From NCBI GenBank assembly GCA_964600895.1, contig CAZRKP010000002.1:78220-142219 (forward strand): a stretch of 64,000 nt of DNA. Reading direction: 5' to 3'. Below are positions 38,804 through 48,367 of this stretch, piece by piece. The DNA comes from an uncultured Victivallis sp. GTDB lineage: Bacteria; Verrucomicrobiota; Lentisphaeria; Victivallales; GWF2-50-93. Under the pieces are notes generated by a model. It saw nothing but the letters and a program-made list of their open reading frames with translations, did no database searches and was not told where the DNA came from. Every line of letters starts with the position of its first letter. Position 1 is the stretch's first letter. The translations under genes were made by a program, and so were the position numbers.

Positions 38804-40522
38804 ATGAAGATAACATGCAATAGTCCAAAGCTCCTAAGAAAAGTATTTCCATACGCGGTCGTCCTCTGCATACTTGCGGCAGCCATTCCATATTTCTATT
38901 CCCTCTACGGGGAGTTTGTCTTCGATGACATTCCCCTCATCAAGAACGATCCGTTCTACGTCAAGGAGGCAAACCCTTTTAAATGCTGGAACCGCGATTT
39001 CTGGATGGAAAGCAAGAAGCAGGGGCTCTACAGGCCGGTCACATTGTTCACTTTCTGGCTCAACGCAAGATTCAAGGACGACAGCGGGAGGGCTATTTCA
39101 GCGATCTTCAGGACGACAAACCTCATAATCCATATACTTGTCACGCTTTTGGTCCTTAAACTGGCGCTTAGATTGAAGTTCGGACACTGGACTGCGATAT
39201 TCGCAGCTGCGATATTCGCAGTTCACCCGATACATACCGAAGCCGTGATTCCAGCATACGGGAGAGCGGAACTCCTCTGCGCCTTATTCACGCTCCTTGC
39301 CCTCATATTGCACACATATGTCGACAGGAACAAGCTTGCATGTGTATTTGCCGGGATCAGCTTTCTCTTCGCCTGCTGGTCCAAGGAGCATGGTGTGGCG
39401 GTACTCCCGCTTGTATTTCTTATGGATCTCTACCTCAAGAGGCCTGCCGGTTTGAAGCAAGCGGTTGAACTTGTCAAAGGCAGGATGTGGATTTACCTAT
39501 CCTATGTGGCGGTGCTCGGAATATTTTTTGCCTCGAGGTATTTTGCCACCGGTTCACTGTTGCCCAGCAAGGAATTCTTCGATCCTGCGATCGACAATCC
39601 GATAGCTCTCTGCCATTTCCCCTTGAACTTCATAAGCGCCCTTAAAGTCCAGGGTTTTGCTTTGTCGAAGTTCTTCTGGCCAGCGGTCCTCTCACATGAC
39701 TACTCCTATGCCCAGCTTCTCCCGTCCACTTCAGTCCTTGACTGGAAGGCATGGCTTACCGTAATTCTGTTTTTCGGAATCCCGCTTCTGATGTCATTTG
39801 CCTTCCGCGACCTTAGATACAAGCTTCTTTTCCTTCTGGCGGCCTATATGGTATGCATCCTTCCGTCCGGGAATTTCATTGTCATGACAGGAACGATCTT
39901 CGGGGAAAGGCTCCAGTATATCCCCAGCATAATGCTTTGCATCTTTGTGGCGCTGATAATCAAGGAACTGTTTGGAAGACTGGAATTCAGGACAGTTATT
40001 GCAGTCATGTTCGCGATCATCTTCCTGCTGTCATTGAGGACACGTGCAAGAGGCGAGGACTGGGACACTCAGATGAGCCTTGCTCTGGCCGGTGTAAGAA
40101 CTGCACCAATGAGCATAAAGACATGGAACAACCTTACCGTTGAACTGGGTGAAGCCGCCACGCTTGAGAAGGATCCTGCATTGAAGAGGAAGATGTACGA
40201 GGAGGCGGTATTATCATGCGACATGGCCCTGTCGATCTATCCGAAGTATATCACGGCCTATGCCAACAGGGGCATCTACAACTCCTATCTCGGGAACTAC
40301 AAGCAGGCCGAGTCCGACCTCAGGATGGCGATTTCCATGCATGCCAACCATTTCATGGCCAACTATACGCTCGGAGCACTTCTTGCGAACCAGGGGAGAT
40401 TCGAGGACGCCAGAGTGATATGGGAAAGGCTCCTGAAGACAAATCCTAATGACAGACTTCTCAAGGAGTCCTATTCTCGACTATTGAAGGATATGGCGAA
40501 AAAGTCCGGAAAGGAAAATTGA
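38804..40522 (+). CDS. TMTC/DUF1736-like membrane glycosyltransferase candidate with TPR repeats (paralogue 4)
   Basis: Motifs are FVFDDIPL, LYRPVTLFTFWLN, HPIHTEAV and WSKEHGV, with a TPR tail. Confidence 0.7.
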   Translation: MKITCNSPKLLRKVFPYAVVLCILAAAIPYFYSLYGEFVFDDIPLIKNDPFYVKEANPFKCWNRDFWMESKKQGLYRPVTLFTFWLNARFKDDSGRAISAIFRTTNLIIHILVTLLVLKLALRLKFGHWTAIFAAAIFAVHPIHTEAVIPAYGRAELLCALFTLLALILHTYVDRNKLACVFAGISFLFACWSKEHGVAVLPLVFLMDLYLKRPAGLKQAVELVKGRMWIYLSYVAVLGIFFASRYFATGSLLPSKEFFDPAIDNPIALCHFPLNFISALKVQGFALSKFFWPAVLSHDYSYAQLLPSTSVLDWKAWLTVILFFGIPLLMSFAFRDLRYKLLFLLAAYMVCILPSGNFIVMTGTIFGERLQYIPSIMLCIFVALIIKELFGRLEFRTVIAVMFAIIFLLSLRTRARGEDWDTQMSLALAGVRTAPMSIKTWNNLTVELGEAATLEKDPALKRKMYEEAVLSCDMALSIYPKYITAYANRGIYNSYLGNYKQAESDLRMAISMHANHFMANYTLGALLANQGRFEDARVIWERLLKTNPNDRLLKESYSRLLKDMAKKSGKEN

Positions 40523-40584
40523 CAAATCCCATATTTGAATTATTATTTCACCCCCACAATGACTATTAAGGACCTTTATTGACC

Positions 40585-41259
40585 ATGACAAAGAAGAACC
40601 ACGAAGAAAAAGATACGAAACAGGCTGATGACTCCGCAAATGGCGAAGTGAAGTCCGATAAGGACCTTGCTGCGCATTCCCCGGGAAACAATGCTCATTC
40701 AAGTTCTGACAAGCCCGTGGAACCCGAACTTTCCCCTGAAGACATCTTAAAACAGAAGATCGCCGAGCTTGAGCTCGAACTGCTTGGAACAAAGGACAAG
40801 CTTCTCTGGGCATATGCGGACTTCGACAACTTCCGCAAAAGGAACTACAGGGAGATGACCGACCTCAGGACAATGGTCAAAGCCGACACCATAACTCCGA
40901 TGCTCAATGTCTTCGACCATTTCAAACTTGCCCTCGAGGCCGCCGACAAGAAACCTGACTTCAAGATCCTGGATGAGGGCATGAAGATGATCCTTGCGGA
41001 ATTCAAGAAGGCAATGGACGATCTTGACATCGAGATCATAAATGTTCCGGAAAACACAGTGTTTGATCCGAACATCCATGACGCCGCGGGAAATGAACCC
41101 TCAGACAAGATAGCTGAGGGTAAAGTCATAAGACAGTGGCGCCAGGGATACAAGATGGGTGAGAGGATTTTAAGACCTGCTTCCGTCGTGGTCAGCAGCG
41201 GTCCTGCGAAGACCGAGGACAATAAGCCTGAAACTGAAGCGGAAAAGAAGAAAGACTGA
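40585..41259 (+). CDS. grpE: nucleotide exchange factor GrpE
   Basis: DFDNFRKR and a GrpE C-terminal beta domain are present. The ATG at 40585 is preferred over the TTG at 40579. Confidence 0.9.
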   Translation: MTKKNHEEKDTKQADDSANGEVKSDKDLAAHSPGNNAHSSSDKPVEPELSPEDILKQKIAELELELLGTKDKLLWAYADFDNFRKRNYREMTDLRTMVKADTITPMLNVFDHFKLALEAADKKPDFKILDEGMKMILAEFKKAMDDLDIEIINVPENTVFDPNIHDAAGNEPSDKIAEGKVIRQWRQGYKMGERILRPASVVVSSGPAKTEDNKPETEAEKKKD

Positions 41260-41264
41260 ACACT

Positions 41265-42446
41265 ATGTCGTCAAAACAGGATTTCTACGAGACACTTGGC
41301 GTTTCCAAGTCGGCCTCCCCCGAAGAGATAAAAAAGGCATACCGCAAACTTGCCATCAAGTACCACCCCGACAAGAATCCCGGCAACAAGGAGGCGGAGG
41401 AGAAATTCAAGGACATATCACACGCCTATGAAATCCTCAGCGACGAGAAGAAGAGGGCGCAGTATGACCAGCTTGGCCATGACGCCTTCACATCGCGCGG
41501 TTCTGCAGGTCCGGGAAGTTATGGAGGTTTTGAATTCCACGATCCATACGACATTTTCAGCCAGTTCTTTGGCGGAGGCATGGGTGGAGGAGGAGGATCC
41601 TCGATTTTCGAGGAGCTCTTTACAGGAGGCGGACGACGCTCCTCGACCGGTGCCAGGGACGGTTCCGATCTGCGTTTTGACATTGAGATAGATTTTGAGG
41701 AGGCGGTCTACGGCGCCGACAAGAAGATCAGGATTCCCAGGCTTGAAACCTGCGATGCCTGCAATGGCAGTGGATGCGAACCTGGTACCAGCAAGTCCAC
41801 CTGCTCAAAATGCCACGGTACAGGAAATATTTCGATGTCCCAGGGTTTCTTCAGCATCAGACAGACATGTCCCAACTGCCATGGAACAGGACAGGTGATC
41901 CAGAATCCCTGCCACAAGTGCGGAAGCGAAGGCAGGATGCGCGTAGAGAAGACCTTGAAGATCCATATCCCCCCTGGAGTTGATACAGGTTCGCGCCTAA
42001 GAGTCTCCGGAGAAGGTGAAAGCGGTCTCCGCGGTGGGCAGTCAGGTGATCTGTATGTCGTAATTCATGTCAGACCTCATGAGATATTCCAGCGTGATGG
42101 CCTCGATATCATCTGTGAACTACCAATAGACTTTGTAACGGCCGCACTCGGCGGACTTGTCGAGGTGCCGACTATCACTGGCAGGACCAAGCTCAAGATC
42201 CCCGAAGGCACCCAGAACGGGACCACTCTCAGGCTCAAGGGCAAGGGAATGCCTTCCCTGCGTGGAGGACAACGTGGTGACCAGCACATCAAGGTGTTCG
42301 TCGAGGTGCCCACGAACCTTACCCGTGATCAAAGGGATCTGCTTGCGAAGTTCAAGGACATCCAGCAGAACTCCAAGAACCATCCGCTGATCGATACCTT
42401 CATAAACAAGGCAAAACGCTTCTTCACCGGCGGTGACGAAGCCTGA
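41265..42446 (+). CDS. dnaJ: molecular chaperone DnaJ
   Basis: It has a J-domain with HPD, a G/F region and four CxxCxGxG zinc motifs. Confidence 0.95.
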   Translation: MSSKQDFYETLGVSKSASPEEIKKAYRKLAIKYHPDKNPGNKEAEEKFKDISHAYEILSDEKKRAQYDQLGHDAFTSRGSAGPGSYGGFEFHDPYDIFSQFFGGGMGGGGGSSIFEELFTGGGRRSSTGARDGSDLRFDIEIDFEEAVYGADKKIRIPRLETCDACNGSGCEPGTSKSTCSKCHGTGNISMSQGFFSIRQTCPNCHGTGQVIQNPCHKCGSEGRMRVEKTLKIHIPPGVDTGSRLRVSGEGESGLRGGQSGDLYVVIHVRPHEIFQRDGLDIICELPIDFVTAALGGLVEVPTITGRTKLKIPEGTQNGTTLRLKGKGMPSLRGGQRGDQHIKVFVEVPTNLTRDQRDLLAKFKDIQQNSKNHPLIDTFINKAKRFFTGGDEA

Positions 42447-42523
42447 AAAGAGATCGGCCACAGACTTTCATCCGCCTTCGTCAAAGCACTACGGCGCGAC
42501 ATGCAGACTGGAGAAAACAACTC

Positions 42524-43555
42524 TTACTTCAGTTTGATCCCAGTCGCCTTTGCAACTGCAGCGTAATTGGTTGTTGTCGGCTTGAGAGGCAGTTCAATGA
42601 CCTGTCGTTTCAATGCCGATTCATACCATGAATAGATGACTTCCGTGGCGCGCAGGGCACGCTTTACAGTAAGTTCAGGCACCTTGCCCTTGCTCAGTCC
42701 GTCCGTGATATCCTTCATCACCAGCTTCATGTGCTCATTGTCCGGACTACCGTGCAGATGTCCGGGGACCTTCACGACCTGCCAGGAGGATTTTCCCTTG
42801 GCACGGATTCGCAGACGAGGTTCTGATTCGAGGATCTCGATGTCACCGTCTGTCCCGTGCAGGCGGAATCCAAGGCTCATCTCCTTCTGGTCGCCGGATT
42901 GAATCACGGCAGTGACACCGTTGGTAAAAGTAATCCAGCCGATAGCCAGCTGTTCGAAGGGAATTCCAAACCATGATCCGCCTTCACGTGCGTCAATCTG
43001 ACCGAAGACACGCGTGGCCGGCACATCACCGTTCATTTTGAAGGTCATGTCAACGACATGAGTTCCCCAGTCAAGGATATTCTTCGGATTGAACGCCTCG
43101 ATCCGCAGAAGCTTGCCGATCTTGCCTTTCCTCACAAGTTCACGGGCCTTCCGGAATATGGGAAGCTTGCGGCGCTGATGGTTGAAGGTGAGTTGGACTT
43201 TGTTCCTTTCAATGGTCTGGGCAATCGACAATGCGGCTTTCCAGGAAGGCGCCATCGGCTTCTCGCAGTGGATCGCCGGAACCTTCGCTTTCGCGCAGTA
43301 CTTTACGACTTCCTCATGGAGCCCTGTCCAGAGGCAGACGCTGACGATGTCCGGCTTGATCTTGCGTAACATCTTTTTATAATCGGTGAAGATTTCAGCA
43401 TCGGTGAACCCGTGCTTCTCAGCAAACGCCTTGATGGCTTCAGCCTTGACATCAGTTAACGCGACAACTTTGCACTGTTTATTGAGCTTATAGCCGTCAG
43501 CATGTATGCTGGCTATCCGACCGCAGCCTATGAACGCAACACGATATGTTTTCAT
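42524..43555 (-). CDS. Gfo/Idh/MocA family oxidoreductase
   Basis: N-terminal Rossmann motif RVAFIGCGRIA, the EKP motif (HCEKPMA), and length 343 aa. Confidence 0.8.
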   Translation of the reverse strand: MKTYRVAFIGCGRIASIHADGYKLNKQCKVVALTDVKAEAIKAFAEKHGFTDAEIFTDYKKMLRKIKPDIVSVCLWTGLHEEVVKYCAKAKVPAIHCEKPMAPSWKAALSIAQTIERNKVQLTFNHQRRKLPIFRKARELVRKGKIGKLLRIEAFNPKNILDWGTHVVDMTFKMNGDVPATRVFGQIDAREGGSWFGIPFEQLAIGWITFTNGVTAVIQSGDQKEMSLGFRLHGTDGDIEILESEPRLRIRAKGKSSWQVVKVPGHLHGSPDNEHMKLVMKDITDGLSKGKVPELTVKRALRATEVIYSWYESALKRQVIELPLKPTTTNYAAVAKATGIKLK

Positions 43556-43716
43556 GGAAATCCTTTAATGATTATTGTAGCCAATGAGTATAATTCCAAG
43601 AACATGCCTTACGGCATTGACTACAAACGAATTATAAATACAATTAGGAATTTGTTCGTAGCCTGTCCTCCGTAGCTCTCTTGGCGAAGGAGGATTAAGC
43701 TCGCAAGAACTGTACT

Positions 43717-44514
43717 TTATTTCACCGATCCCTTACCGAGTTTGTTATCGACAAGATAGCGATAGCTTTTCTCTACGGCCTCGACCCGATCGCCTTCACA
43801 GCGGTCGATCTCCACGACTAACCATTTCAACACTTTCGGATCAGCCGCAGCGATAGCTCCCTTCACATTCACCTTGCCGGCCCCGACTGCCGACATCGGT
43901 CCGCCGAAAGGCTGGTCCTTCGGTCTTTCCATCATGCCGTCCTTGATGTGCAGGACAGGCACTCTGGCTTTGAAGTTCTTCACCTGTTCCGCGGCATCGT
44001 TCGCCATGAAGTTTGTTGCCCAGTATATGTCAATTTCGAATTTCACGTCCGGACACAGTTCTGCGATATATTCCTGGGCGATCTTGCCGTTGATGCGGTC
44101 GAACTCCCAGAAATGGTTGTGCAGGCAGAGCTGTAGCTTGTGGGGCTTGAGAGCTGTTGTCATCCGGTTGATTAGATCGGCAGTCTTGCGGATGCTGTCC
44201 ATCGTCTTGAATTCGTCCCATCCGAATCCTCCGAAGAGGTGCTTGAATCCGAATATATTCTTGAGCCTGGCGATCTCATCGATGTTTGAGAGATCGTGCT
44301 TCGGACCTGGACCTGTGATCATCTCCAGTCCGAGCTGATCGAGGAGCTCCTTATACTGTTCGGCAGTCATGCCGTATTTTATCGCTTCACCGAGACCGCC
44401 TTCAACGCCAACAAATCCGATTTCGGAGACGTGTTTCATCGTGGATATGAATTTTTCCTTGGATTCCCCGAGAAGTTCCCTGACCGTATACAGCTGCAGA
44501 CCGATAGGCTTCAT
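43717..44514 (-). CDS. sugar phosphate isomerase/epimerase (xylose-isomerase-like TIM barrel)
   Basis: IGLQLYTVRE at the N-terminus is typical of this family. An AAGGAGA RBS precedes the ATG at 44514; the track start at 44571 is less likely. Confidence 0.75.
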   Translation of the reverse strand: MKPIGLQLYTVRELLGESKEKFISTMKHVSEIGFVGVEGGLGEAIKYGMTAEQYKELLDQLGLEMITGPGPKHDLSNIDEIARLKNIFGFKHLFGGFGWDEFKTMDSIRKTADLINRMTTALKPHKLQLCLHNHFWEFDRINGKIAQEYIAELCPDVKFEIDIYWATNFMANDAAEQVKNFKARVPVLHIKDGMMERPKDQPFGGPMSAVGAGKVNVKGAIAAADPKVLKWLVVEIDRCEGDRVEAVEKSYRYLVDNKLGKGSVK

Positions 44515-44624
44515 CTTTTCTTTCTCCTTGAAAACAATTTTATTTTTCAGACGGGATAACAGGATTTTCATGATTCATTTAACTTGTATCATGCCAGCCC
44601 TGTTATCCTATCAAATAATTGTTT

Positions 44625-46145
44625 TCACAGCACCGCCTGCTCGGCGGTCTTCAGAGCATCGAAAAGTTCCGAGGACTTCTTTGCGTTCATCAGGCGGTCC
44701 GACAGGAATTCACTTTCCAACATCTGGGCAATATGTGAGAGGAGCACCTGGTGTATCCTCGGTATGTCAGCCGGGGTCAGAAGCAGGAATATCAGGTTGA
44801 CGGTCTCATTTGGGACAGGGGAGGGGATAGGTTCCTTGAGACGAGCCACAATCACGATTGGACGGGCAAGGCTCTTGAGTCGTGCATGTGGTATCGCAAT
44901 GTTCCTGCCGACATAGCTGCTGATAAGTTTTTCACGTTCCGCAACGGAGAGCATGATCGTCTGGACAGGCATCGGAAGTTCGTTCGGATTCAGGCGTTTC
45001 AATGCATTTTCCGCTACTGCCGTGATCGATTTGCCTTCAACGTCCAGCTGTACCCTGTCGGTGGTCAAAGTATCGGAAAGGTAGACAGGCACCTCGAGAG
45101 GGAATTCCTCCTCGATGGCACCGACAACTTCCTCGAGAAGGTCTTCCATCGTCACAAATCCTGTCCATGCGCCTTTCTTGTCGTATACCAGCGCCACATG
45201 GTTTCCACGCCTCTGCATTTCTGAAAGGAGCTGTTCTATGTTCTGTTCCTCCTTCGCCTTCAGGCATGTGCGTACATAGGGCTGTAGATCGTCGGTCGGC
45301 TTTCCTGCGAGCTTCGCAAGATAAAGATCCTTTATATGGATATATCCCATCGGGTTTTCCGGATCCTTGCCGATGAGGGGATATCGGGACTGCTTGAATT
45401 CCGAGATGATCTTGGTGTTTTCCTCCGGGGTGTTACTGGTCCTGAGAATATGCAGCCTTTCCCGGGAACGCATGGAGTTCCTGACGGTCAGAGTGCCCAT
45501 ATCGAGGACGTTCTCTATGTAGAGGAGACGCCGGAAGGTCATCATTCCGCTGGACTGGGAGTTGTCGAGGATGATCCTGATCTCATCTTCGGAATGACGT
45601 TCATGTTTCGGTGCCTTGGGTACCCTCAGCAAGAAAAGAATGGTATCTACCGACCAGTTCAGCAGCCAGAGAGGGATGAAGAATACGAAATAGAAGAAGT
45701 GCAGGGGGAAAGCAGTGTTGAGCGCGGCCTGTTCGACCTTGCGTATCGCGAAGATCTTGGGCACCTGTTCACCAAGCACGATGTGAAGATAGGAAATCAA
45801 TATGTATGATACGGAAATTGCGATCCCGTGGATTGTCGCATCGGGAATACCGTTCCCATATCCAGTCTTTTCCAGGAAATATGCGATTATCTTGGCGAAT
45901 CCTGGTTCGCCTACGAATCCCAATCCGATGCTGGCGAGTGTTATACCGACCTGGCAGACGGAAAGATACTGGTCCAGACGGGTCTGGATATGCTGCATCA
46001 TCTTCGCACGGATGTCCCCCTTTGCCGCAAGCACTTCCATGTGAGTAGGACGCGCCTTTACGGAAGCGAATTCCGCAAGTACGAAGAACGCATTCAACAG
46101 GAGGAGAAGAAGCGTCAGAAGCAGATATGTTATAATCACAGTCAT
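44625..46145 (-). CDS. CNNM/CorC-type transporter (DUF21 + CBS pair) fused to a PtsN-like PTS EIIA type-2 domain
   Basis: The N-terminus is DUF21 (LLLLNAFFVLAEFA..., four TM) followed by a CBS pair. The C-terminal 150 aa carry NIAIPHARL and VNLIFLLLTPAD, compared with E. coli PtsN GIAIPHGKL and VDLLFALLVPAD. Confidence 0.75.
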   Translation of the reverse strand: MTVIITYLLLTLLLLLLNAFFVLAEFASVKARPTHMEVLAAKGDIRAKMMQHIQTRLDQYLSVCQVGITLASIGLGFVGEPGFAKIIAYFLEKTGYGNGIPDATIHGIAISVSYILISYLHIVLGEQVPKIFAIRKVEQAALNTAFPLHFFYFVFFIPLWLLNWSVDTILFLLRVPKAPKHERHSEDEIRIILDNSQSSGMMTFRRLLYIENVLDMGTLTVRNSMRSRERLHILRTSNTPEENTKIISEFKQSRYPLIGKDPENPMGYIHIKDLYLAKLAGKPTDDLQPYVRTCLKAKEEQNIEQLLSEMQRRGNHVALVYDKKGAWTGFVTMEDLLEEVVGAIEEEFPLEVPVYLSDTLTTDRVQLDVEGKSITAVAENALKRLNPNELPMPVQTIMLSVAEREKLISSYVGRNIAIPHARLKSLARPIVIVARLKEPIPSPVPNETVNLIFLLLTPADIPRIHQVLLSHIAQMLESEFLSDRLMNAKKSSELFDALKTAEQAVL

Positions 46146-46196
46146 TATAGAATAATAATACTTAAAACCGCATATATTTCAAGTGGGGGCGGGGAA

Positions 46197-46892
46197 TCAG
46201 GTGCGGTGGTATTTTCCCGCTATGCCGACAAACCAGTTGAAAAACTTCCGCCTATGCCCTGGAAACTTTATCCTCTCCGGATGCCACTGAACACCCAATA
46301 TGATGTGCTTTCCAGTGCTCTCGACAGCCTCTATTGTCCCATCCGCGGAAATTGCTGCAACCTTCAATCCCCTGCCAAGATGCCCGGGATTGATAGCCTG
46401 ATGATGCGATGAATTCACACTGAGAAGGGTTTTGCCGAAAATTCCCTTCAGGATTCTACTTTCCATGCCAACCTTGATCTTGTGATAGATCTCGTCGGAA
46501 TGGCCTTCAAGATGCTGTATCAGTTTTCCGCCAAGGACAATGTTGAGAAGCTGGTGTCCTGCACAGACCCCAAGCAAGGGCTTTTCGGTCTTAAGCAGAA
46601 GTTCCGCAAGCATGAAATCCGTCTGATATCTCTTCTGGGGCAGCAGCTTTGTCTTTTCATGTTTCTTCTCCCCATAGTATTCCGGAGGATAATCCCTGCC
46701 GCCTATGAATATGAAGGCGTCAGCCTTGTTCACATATTCCGAGAGGAGCTTCCTGTCAGGAATACTCGGTACCAGCAGGGGTAGGCCACCGGCTTCGTGG
46801 ACTGCATCCACATAGTAGGATTTTATCCGGTAGGTCGGAGCATCTCTCTTCTCCCGGCAGTCTATGTTCAATCCTATGACTGGTCGATTCAT
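46197..46892 (-). CDS. peptidase C26 / class-I glutamine amidotransferase-like protein (PuuD family)
   Basis: The nucleophile motif is LGVCAGHQLLN and the His/Glu motif is GVQWHPE. Its ATG overlaps the murF stop (ATGA). Confidence 0.75.
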   Translation of the reverse strand: MNRPVIGLNIDCREKRDAPTYRIKSYYVDAVHEAGGLPLLVPSIPDRKLLSEYVNKADAFIFIGGRDYPPEYYGEKKHEKTKLLPQKRYQTDFMLAELLLKTEKPLLGVCAGHQLLNIVLGGKLIQHLEGHSDEIYHKIKVGMESRILKGIFGKTLLSVNSSHHQAINPGHLGRGLKVAAISADGTIEAVESTGKHIILGVQWHPERIKFPGHRRKFFNWFVGIAGKYHRT

Positions 46893-48367
46893 CTGGAAAA
46901 CATATTTTCGATCTTTTCGAGTTTCATGCCTCTGGAGCCCTTGAGGAAGATGATGTCGCCGCGCCGGAGTTTGGCTTTGACATATTTTGCCGCTTCGTCT
47001 GAATCCGGGAAATCCCTCATGGATATTTCGGTATTGGACCTGAGCCTGGCAGCGGCTCCTGCCATTATGGGTCCGACGACAATAAGCGAGGCTCCGGGGA
47101 GAGTCCCAGTAGTGAACTTCAAAAGTTCCTCGTGTGCTGAAGGACCGGACTTCCCCATTTCCAACATGTCACCGAGTATGATGATCACTCTGGAATTCCT
47201 GTCATCTGGCGACACAGTTGCTTCTTTGAGCCATTCGATGGCAGCCCTCATGCTGTCGGGATTTGCGTTATATGCGTCGTTTATCCAGGTTATTCCGTCA
47301 CGCTCCTGGATGCGCATCCTCATCCCTGGTATCTGGACACCCTTGTTCAGCGCATCAACCGCAGTGTCCGGTGAAACGCCAACTGCATTTGCAACGAGCA
47401 CTGCAGCACCGGCGTTCATAGCCTGGTGTCTGCCGGTCAGATGCCATGAGACCTTTTTGCGAAGTCCGCAACTTTTCCAGAACAGCTCGAAGGAGCTGCC
47501 CGTCATGCTTCCACCCAGATATTCCACCTGAAGGTCTGCGGATTTCGCGGATTCTGCACCGAACCGCATTGTTTTGAATTTTTGCGTGACTTTGTCCAAG
47601 ACCATTGTTCCGGGACCTTCGGCAGGTATCACCGCGGTGCCAGAATTCGACATATGTGCGAATATCGCAGATTTCTCCGTGGCCACTCCGTCCGTATCGC
47701 CAAAAAATTCGATGTGCGCATTCCCTATTGAAACAATAAGTCCGTGATCCGGTTCGGCGATCTTGCTTAATACGGCAATCTCCCCTGGATGATTCGTCCC
47801 CATCTCGATGATCGCATATTCGTGGTTCTTCCGGAAATTGAGGATATTCTGTGGGACACCGACATGGTTGTTCGTGTTACCATCTGTTGCATAAACCTTG
47901 TCATTCCCGAACGAGTGGACAAGTATGGCCTTCAGGATTTCCTTGGTGCCGGTCTTGCCGCTGCTGCCGGTAAGAGCGATGATCTTAAGCCCGAGACGCC
48001 TTCTGTGGAAGTTTGCAAGCGACTGGTATGCCTTGAGTGTGTCATTGACTACAAGCATAGGGATTTTTTCCGGAAGCCTTGTAGATGAAGCACGTTCCTT
48101 TGAGATACAGGCTGCGGAGGCGTTCATCGATGCGGCAGCATCAAGATAATCGTGCCCGTCGAGGGACTCCCCCCTGAGCGCAAAGAAGATCGTCCCTGTG
48201 CAGTCCTTCCGGCTGTCGGTGGAGATCGCAATTATACCCTTGTCGGGAGATGCGGAAAAGCCTTTCCAGATGCCTCCGGTTATCTTCTCAAGTTCGCCAT
48301 AGGTGAATAATATATCTTTCACTTTATTTATTTCCGTGTGTTCTGTGGTTTCAAGGTCTTCAGCCAA
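46889..48367 (-). CDS. murF: UDP-N-acetylmuramoyl-tripeptide--D-alanyl-D-alanine ligase
   Basis: Mur ligase P-loop ALTGSSGKTGTKE, plus its position after murE. Confidence 0.9.
   Translation of the reverse strand: MAEDLETTEHTEINKVKDILFTYGELEKITGGIWKGFSASPDKGIIAISTDSRKDCTGTIFFALRGESLDGHDYLDAAASMNASAACISKERASSTRLPEKIPMLVVNDTLKAYQSLANFHRRRLGLKIIALTGSSGKTGTKEILKAILVHSFGNDKVYATDGNTNNHVGVPQNILNFRKNHEYAIIEMGTNHPGEIAVLSKIAEPDHGLIVSIGNAHIEFFGDTDGVATEKSAIFAHMSNSGTAVIPAEGPGTMVLDKVTQKFKTMRFGAESAKSADLQVEYLGGSMTGSSFELFWKSCGLRKKVSWHLTGRHQAMNAGAAVLVANAVGVSPDTAVDALNKGVQIPGMRMRIQERDGITWINDAYNANPDSMRAAIEWLKEATVSPDDRNSRVIIILGDMLEMGKSGPSAHEELLKFTTGTLPGASLIVVGPIMAGAAARLRSNTEISMRDFPDSDEAAKYVKAKLRRGDIIFLKGSRGMKLEKIENMFSR

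Noticed and set aside
40523-40584. I looked for a CIRCE/HrcA operator (TTAGCACTC-N9-GAGTGCTAA) upstream of grpE-dnaJ.
   Set aside because: I found no match to the CIRCE inverted repeat in the 56-bp upstream spacer. No claim about heat-shock regulation is made.
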